Assembly (NCBI GenBank): GCA_039586815.1
Contig: JBDHJR010000006.1
Location: 26,455 to 90,454 of the forward strand
Direction: 5' to 3'
DNA length: 64,000 nt
Source: Gemmatimonadota bacterium
GTDB taxonomy: Bacteria > Gemmatimonadota > Gemmatimonadetes > Gemmatimonadales > GWC2-71-9
This document shows positions 59,144-64,000 of the stretch, piece by piece. The position numbers and the translations under genes were made by a program. Each line of letters begins with the position of its first letter. Position 1 is the stretch's first letter. Under the pieces are notes generated by a model that worked only from the letters and a program-made list of their open reading frames with translations, made no database searches and was not told the DNA's origin.

Positions 59144-59263
59144 CCGTCCGCGCCTCGGCGACCCCTCCGATCCTTCCCGCCCGGTCTCACGGCATGCTGG
59201 CGCCGAATGCTGCAGATTTGTAAATAGAATCGATGTGCAGCGGCGGAGCGTAGTGATACTGAC

Positions 59264-60706
59264 GTGAGCCACCCGCGATTGATCTGCCCCAAGTGCGGCG
59301 CGGCCGAAATCCTCGAGGACACGGGGACGTGTCCTGCGTGCGGCTACTCGGCCGCACACGACAGCACCGACTCCGAGGGCATTCCTCCCGTCATGGAGGC
59401 CGGCATCCGGCGGGAGCTGGAGCACGAGTTCCGCATCGAGCGCGTGCTGGGCCGCGGGGGGATGTCCGTCGTGTACCTGGCGCGCGAGCTGGACCTCAAC
59501 CGCCTCGTCGCCATCAAGGTGCTCCCCCTCCAGTTGCAGATGGGTCCGGACGCCGCCGACCGATTCAAGCGCGAAGCCAAGATCGCGGCCTCCCTCGACC
59601 ACCCCCACATCGTGCCGATTCACCGGGTCGGGACCACCGCAACCTTCATGTGGTACTCGATGAAGTGGGTGAAGGGCCGCTCCCTGCGGGACGTCATCAA
59701 GGAAACGGGGCCGATGAACCTGGACGACGTGCTCCGGATCATCGAGCCCGTGGCCGGGGCCCTGGACCACGCACACCGTCGCGGCATCGTGCACCGGGAC
59801 GTGAAGCCGGAAAACGTGCTGATCGACGAGGTCGGCTGGGTCACGGTGTGCGACTTCGGCATCGCCAAGGCGTTCGGCTCGGTACCGCTCACGCAGACGG
59901 GGGGCACGCTGGGAACGCCGGCGTACATGTCCACAGAACAGTGCTACGGCCAGGCGCTGGACGGCCGCTCGGACCAGTATTCGCTGGCGGTGCTCACCTA
60001 CGAGTCACTGGCGGGTGTGCTTCCGTTCCAGTCGGACTCGTTGGGCGACATCGTGCGGCAGCACTGCATGGAGCCCCCGCCGCGCATCACGGCGGTGCGA
60101 GCGGACCTGCCCGAGTCGGTATCGCACGCGATCCTCACCGCCATGAGCAAGCAGCCCAACGATCGCTTCGAGAGCGTGCTCGACTTCGTGCAGGCCCTGG
60201 GCGCTCCGCCGGCGCGCGCCACGCCCAGCTTCGCCACGGTGCCGACGCAGGAAAGTCTCGCCACCGCTCCGACGGAGCCGGTGAGCACGCCCACCGCCCG
60301 CTTCGCCAAGCGCTACGGCCCCGCCATGTTCGGTGCGGCGCTGATGCTGGCGGTGTTCATCACGGTGCTGGTAACCCGCCCCGACAGAGCCGTGCAGGAG
60401 AACACGCCTGCGGCCCCCGCCTTGGGGGCAACTGCGGAGTCCACGGTGACACGGGACACGGCGCTACTCGAGCCCGGACCGCAGTCTGGGGTCCTCTTCG
60501 TGGCTTCGAACCCCTGGGGGCACGTGTACGTGGACGGCGAGCGGGTGGGCGAGACGCCGCTTGCCAGCTACCCCCTGGAGCCGGGTCGCCACGAGCTGAG
60601 CGTCGAGCGTGAGGGCTTCGAGCCCTTCCGCCAAGTGCTCGAGGTGACGGCTGGCCAGGAGGTCCGCTTGACCGGGATCGTGTTGAACAGACGGAACGCG
60701 CCGTGA
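59264..60706 (+). CDS. Hanks-type Ser/Thr kinase 2 (Zn ribbon-kinase-TM-PEGA)
   Basis: CPKC/CPAC, GRGGMS, VAIK, HRDVKPEN, DFG, YMSTE, TM, PEGA-like C-terminus. Confidence 0.93.
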   Translation: MSHPRLICPKCGAAEILEDTGTCPACGYSAAHDSTDSEGIPPVMEAGIRRELEHEFRIERVLGRGGMSVVYLARELDLNRLVAIKVLPLQLQMGPDAADRFKREAKIAASLDHPHIVPIHRVGTTATFMWYSMKWVKGRSLRDVIKETGPMNLDDVLRIIEPVAGALDHAHRRGIVHRDVKPENVLIDEVGWVTVCDFGIAKAFGSVPLTQTGGTLGTPAYMSTEQCYGQALDGRSDQYSLAVLTYESLAGVLPFQSDSLGDIVRQHCMEPPPRITAVRADLPESVSHAILTAMSKQPNDRFESVLDFVQALGAPPARATPSFATVPTQESLATAPTEPVSTPTARFAKRYGPAMFGAALMLAVFITVLVTRPDRAVQENTPAAPALGATAESTVTRDTALLEPGPQSGVLFVASNPWGHVYVDGERVGETPLASYPLEPGRHELSVEREGFEPFRQVLEVTAGQEVRLTGIVLNRRNAP

Positions 60707-61755
60707 CGCAGGCCATCAGGGTCCCCCTGTGGCTGACGGTCGGGTTCGTGCTGCTCGCGGCTCCGGCGGCGGCGCAGACGCCTGCGGCGCTGCTGACCGA
60801 GGGAGTCTCCGCATACAACGACCTCGAGTTCGCGCTCGCCGCCCGCATCCTGAGACGGGCCGTCGCGAGCGAGGCAGAGCCCGCGCTGTCGCAGGCCCAG
60901 TTGGAGCGGGCCCTGGTGTACCTCGGCGCGAGCGAGGTGCTGTTGGACGAGCGCAACCGGGCGGTCGAGACGTTCCGCGCGCTCGTACTCGCCAACCCGC
61001 GTTACCGCGCCGACGATCTGGTGTTCCCACCGCGCGTGACGCGTGTGTTCGGCGAGGTGCTCGAGACGACGAAGGCAACGGACGTGGAGGCGCCGCGGCG
61101 CATGGTGCTGGTGACGCGCACCGAGCGCATCGGGTTCCAGGTCTTTCCCACGTCGGAACAGCGCATCCGGGCGACCGTAGTCACCAACGAAGGCGCTACG
61201 GTCCGCGTGCTGTTCGACGGCGTCATCGAGGGGCCCCGCACAGTGACGTGGAACGGACTGGACGGGCGCGGCCGAATCCCGCCGCCCGGCAATTACCGGC
61301 TGGTGGTTGCGTCGATGGTGACCGAGGGCGCCGCTCTGCGCTCCATACAGATGCCGATCACGCTCGAGGCCGCTCCCCTCTCTACGGTCGATGTCCCAAG
61401 GCCCCCACCCGACTCGCTGCTCAAACCCGAGAAGCGGTCGGCGGTGCCGGGGCTGAGCATCCTCATTCCGAGTGCCATAGTGGGCGCCGCACTGATCATC
61501 CCGGCGCTGGACGGCGACTCCGAGAACAGCGGGGTACGCATTGCCGTGGGCGGCGCAGTGACCATCGGGGGGATCGTAGGATTCATACTCATGAAGCCGG
61601 GCGCTCCGCTGCCCGACAACGTCGCCCACAACGATTCCCTGAGGAGCGACTGGAATCGCCGCACCACGGATGCGGAACGGGAGAATCAGCGACGCCAGGG
61701 CATCACGCGCTACATCGTCTATACCGGACAACCGTACAGGGTAGAAGGCGGGTAG
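60703..61755 (+). CDS. Secreted TPR-like/FlgD-Ig-like protein 2 (paralog of 57456-58508)
   Basis: Same motifs: YLGA, VFPP, WNGLDGRG..GNY, PPPDSLL.PE, KPG..LPDN. Confidence 0.78.
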   Translation: MTQAIRVPLWLTVGFVLLAAPAAAQTPAALLTEGVSAYNDLEFALAARILRRAVASEAEPALSQAQLERALVYLGASEVLLDERNRAVETFRALVLANPRYRADDLVFPPRVTRVFGEVLETTKATDVEAPRRMVLVTRTERIGFQVFPTSEQRIRATVVTNEGATVRVLFDGVIEGPRTVTWNGLDGRGRIPPPGNYRLVVASMVTEGAALRSIQMPITLEAAPLSTVDVPRPPPDSLLKPEKRSAVPGLSILIPSAIVGAALIIPALDGDSENSGVRIAVGGAVTIGGIVGFILMKPGAPLPDNVAHNDSLRSDWNRRTTDAERENQRRQGITRYIVYTGQPYRVEGG

Positions 61756-61771
61756 CCCCCCGGGACTCCGA

Positions 61772-62725
61772 GTGAGCACGTCGTTCCGTCCCGCCTACCT
61801 CGGACTCAGCCACAGCGAGCTCAGGGAACGATCCGAGCGCGCCGTAGCCTCTCTCTCAGACTGCCGCGCCTGCCCGCGTGACTGCGGGGTCAACCGCCTC
61901 GAAAACAAGTGGGCGGCGTGCAAGACCGGACGCTACGCGGTGATCAGCTCCGCGTTCCCCCACTTCGGAGAAGAGGACTGCCTGCGCGGGCGCAACGGCT
62001 CGGGCACGATCTTCTTCTCGCACTGCAACCTGCGCTGCGTGTTCTGCCAGAACTTCGACATCAGCCAGGCCGTGCGCCCGGGGCCAGCGGCGCCGGGCAC
62101 TCCACCCGAGGAGATCGCGGCGGTCATGCTGGCACTGCAGAACCAGGGGTGCCACAACATCAACTTCGTGACACCGGAGCATGTGGTGCCGCAAGTGATC
62201 GAAGCCCTGGTGCCGGCGATCGAACAGGGACTCCGCCTGCCGATCGTGTACAACACGAGCGCGTACGATTCGCTCGAGAGCCTGGAGCTGATGGACGGCA
62301 TCGTGGACGTCTACATGCCGGACTTCAAGTACTGGTCGGTGGACCGGGCACACACCTACCTGATGGCTGAGGACTACCCCGACGCCGCACGCGCCGCGCT
62401 AAAGGAGATGCACCGACAAGTGGGCGACCTGGTGCTCGACGCCGACGGGATCGCGCAGCGGGGAATCCTGCTGAGACACCTCGTCATGCCGGGGCAGCTC
62501 GACGAGACACGCGCGATACTCGAGTGGGTCGCCACCGAGCTGAGCCGCGGCACCTATGTGAACGTGATGGACCAGTACCGGCCGGCCGGCAAGGTGCACG
62601 CTGCCTGGTTCGAGGAAATCAACCGCCGTGTCACGCCCGCTGAGCTGCGCGAGGCATACGAGATAGCCCGAGAGGTAGGACTCACCCGCCTCGACGAGCG
62701 GAGCGCGCAGGGCAAGCTGCAGTAA
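61772..62725 (+). CDS. PflX-type radical SAM protein
   Basis: CRACPRDC, HFGEE, CNLRCVFCQN, HNINFVTP, YMPDFKY, RHLVMP. Confidence 0.9.
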   Translation: MSTSFRPAYLGLSHSELRERSERAVASLSDCRACPRDCGVNRLENKWAACKTGRYAVISSAFPHFGEEDCLRGRNGSGTIFFSHCNLRCVFCQNFDISQAVRPGPAAPGTPPEEIAAVMLALQNQGCHNINFVTPEHVVPQVIEALVPAIEQGLRLPIVYNTSAYDSLESLELMDGIVDVYMPDFKYWSVDRAHTYLMAEDYPDAARAALKEMHRQVGDLVLDADGIAQRGILLRHLVMPGQLDETRAILEWVATELSRGTYVNVMDQYRPAGKVHAAWFEEINRRVTPAELREAYEIAREVGLTRLDERSAQGKLQ

Positions 62726-63016
62726 TCAGAGCTTCAGCAGTGCCACCATGATCCCTACGACGGTCACCGTATGCCCGGCCCAGAACACAAACATCCAGCG
62801 GGTGATCCTGGCCTCGAAAGCGCGCGTCTCCGCCTTCACCTCGACGAAGAGCTGGTCGAGCTTGGCATCGAACCGCGCGAAGTTGAGCTCGTTGAGCTCT
62901 CTCAACTCCGACCGATACGCCGAGTCTACCTGATTGACCCAATTCACGAGCTCGTCGGCGACCTCATGGCCTAGCCTCTGGTAGAACGCTTTGGAGAACT
63001 TCGCCGTGACGGGCAT
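62726..63016 (-). CDS. Short coiled-coil protein with C-terminal membrane anchor (DUF1640/CCDC90-like)
   Basis: Helical head, heptad stalk, RWMFVFW then TM. Confidence 0.7.
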   Translation of the reverse strand: MPVTAKFSKAFYQRLGHEVADELVNWVNQVDSAYRSELRELNELNFARFDAKLDQLFVEVKAETRAFEARITRWMFVFWAGHTVTVVGIMVALLKL

Positions 63017-63150
63017 TGACCTCTGCACATGATGGCCGCGCCCGTACGATAACCATACACCTTCCCGAGAGATCGTCCAAACCGCGCCCGTTAGACCGTT
63101 CCATCGCGTCCCCCACCGACACCCCGTCCCGCGCGTTAAGTTTCCCTGTC

Positions 63151-63963
63151 ATGCTGGTACTGATTGTCGCGCTGGTCATCCAGATTCAGATCCCCGCACC
63201 CGTCGGCTTCGTGAACGACTTCGCGGGGGTAATCGATCCCGCGTCCGAGCGCTCGATGACCGCGATCCTCGAGGAGGTACGCGCCAAGAGCGGGGGCGAG
63301 ATCGCCGTGGTGACGCTGCCTGACCTGGGAAATCGCTCGCCCATGTCGGTGGCGCGCGACATCGGTCGGGAGTGGGGCGTGGGCGCCCGTGGCGGGCCCG
63401 GCGACCGCGCGCGCAACGCCGGCGTCGTGCTGCTGCTGAAGCCCGGCGAGCGACCGGGAGACGGCCGCGCCGATCTGTTCATCGCCACCGGGACGGGCGC
63501 CGAGGGGTTCATCACGGACGCTCGCGCCGGACGCATTCGGGATGCCATCGGGCGGGCGTCGGTCGAGGGTGGCAGCTACGCCGAAGGCCTCGTGGTGGGC
63601 GTGTGGCTGCTGGGCCAGGCGTTCGCCGAGGAGTTCGAGTTCGAGCTCACCGGCGATCGGCCGCCGAGGGCGCCCGAGAGCGTGCCCAGCGGCAGAGGCG
63701 GCGGTTGGGGCATGCTGGTGCTGCTGTTCCTGTTCGTGTTCGTACTGCCCGCCATTATGCGCGGTGCGCGACATGGCGCGAGGCACGGCTACCACGGTCG
63801 CGGCGACTCTGCCGCCAAGTGGATTCTGCTCGGCATGCTCATGGGCGGCGGGCGCGGTGGCGGAGGAGGAGGTTGGGGCGGCGGCGGCTTTGGTGGTGGC
63901 GGCTTCGGTGGATTCGGGGGTGGCGGTGGCTTCGGTGGCGGCGGCGCAGGAGGGAGCTTCTGA
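63151..63963 (+). CDS. TPM-domain (YgcG-like) membrane protein
   Basis: GFVNDFAGVI, EIAVVT, WGVG, TG.G.EG.ITD, TM, Gly-rich GGGFGGGGAGGSF tail. Confidence 0.9.
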   Translation: MLVLIVALVIQIQIPAPVGFVNDFAGVIDPASERSMTAILEEVRAKSGGEIAVVTLPDLGNRSPMSVARDIGREWGVGARGGPGDRARNAGVVLLLKPGERPGDGRADLFIATGTGAEGFITDARAGRIRDAIGRASVEGGSYAEGLVVGVWLLGQAFAEEFEFELTGDRPPRAPESVPSGRGGGWGMLVLLFLFVFVLPAIMRGARHGARHGYHGRGDSAAKWILLGMLMGGGRGGGGGGWGGGGFGGGGFGGFGGGGGFGGGGAGGSF

Positions 63964-64000
63964 TGGCGAAGAATGTGCACGCGAAACTGGATGCGCTGGC
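63963..64000 (+). CDS. Start of the next gene (3' truncated), unknown product
   Basis: TGATG overlap with GGAG upstream; MAKNVHAKLDAL. Confidence 0.5.
   Translation, partial: MAKNVHAKLDAL

Noticed and set aside
63841-63960. GGC/GGT low-complexity repeat
   Set aside because: Encodes the normal Gly-rich tail of TPM/YgcG proteins

Overview
GC-rich, gene-dense bacterial chromosomal window with about 66 CDSs; gene content and style suggest a diderm, probably Gemmatimonadota (inference). I saw no rRNA, tRNA, CRISPR array, transposase or phage genes. It is mostly housekeeping and metabolic: purD end, mutM, late menaquinone genes (ubiE/ubiD/ubiA/ubiX type), a SigW-like ECF operon, mrp, nrnA, guaB, tupBC-queD-mobA-moeA, etfBA/ETF-QO, ligA-polX, gcdH, an icd-family gene and a cstA/CC-star/ArsA-like cluster. 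The strongest candidate for an undescribed system is 53611-61755: an Ig-rich surface lipoprotein, two paralogous [Zn-ribbon Ser/Thr kinase-TM-PEGA + secreted TPR-Ig-hydrophobic hairpin] gene pairs and a beta-barrel, which looks like a trans-envelope kinase signalling module. Second is a Ddl-like ATP-grasp ligase coupled to a 4x-CPWC zinc-ribbon HExxH peptidase, sitting between two DNA-repair genes (1039-3082). Family assignments come from motif recognition only; no searches were run. Several start codons were moved from the ORF track using overlaps, Shine-Dalgarno (SD) sites and expected N-termini.
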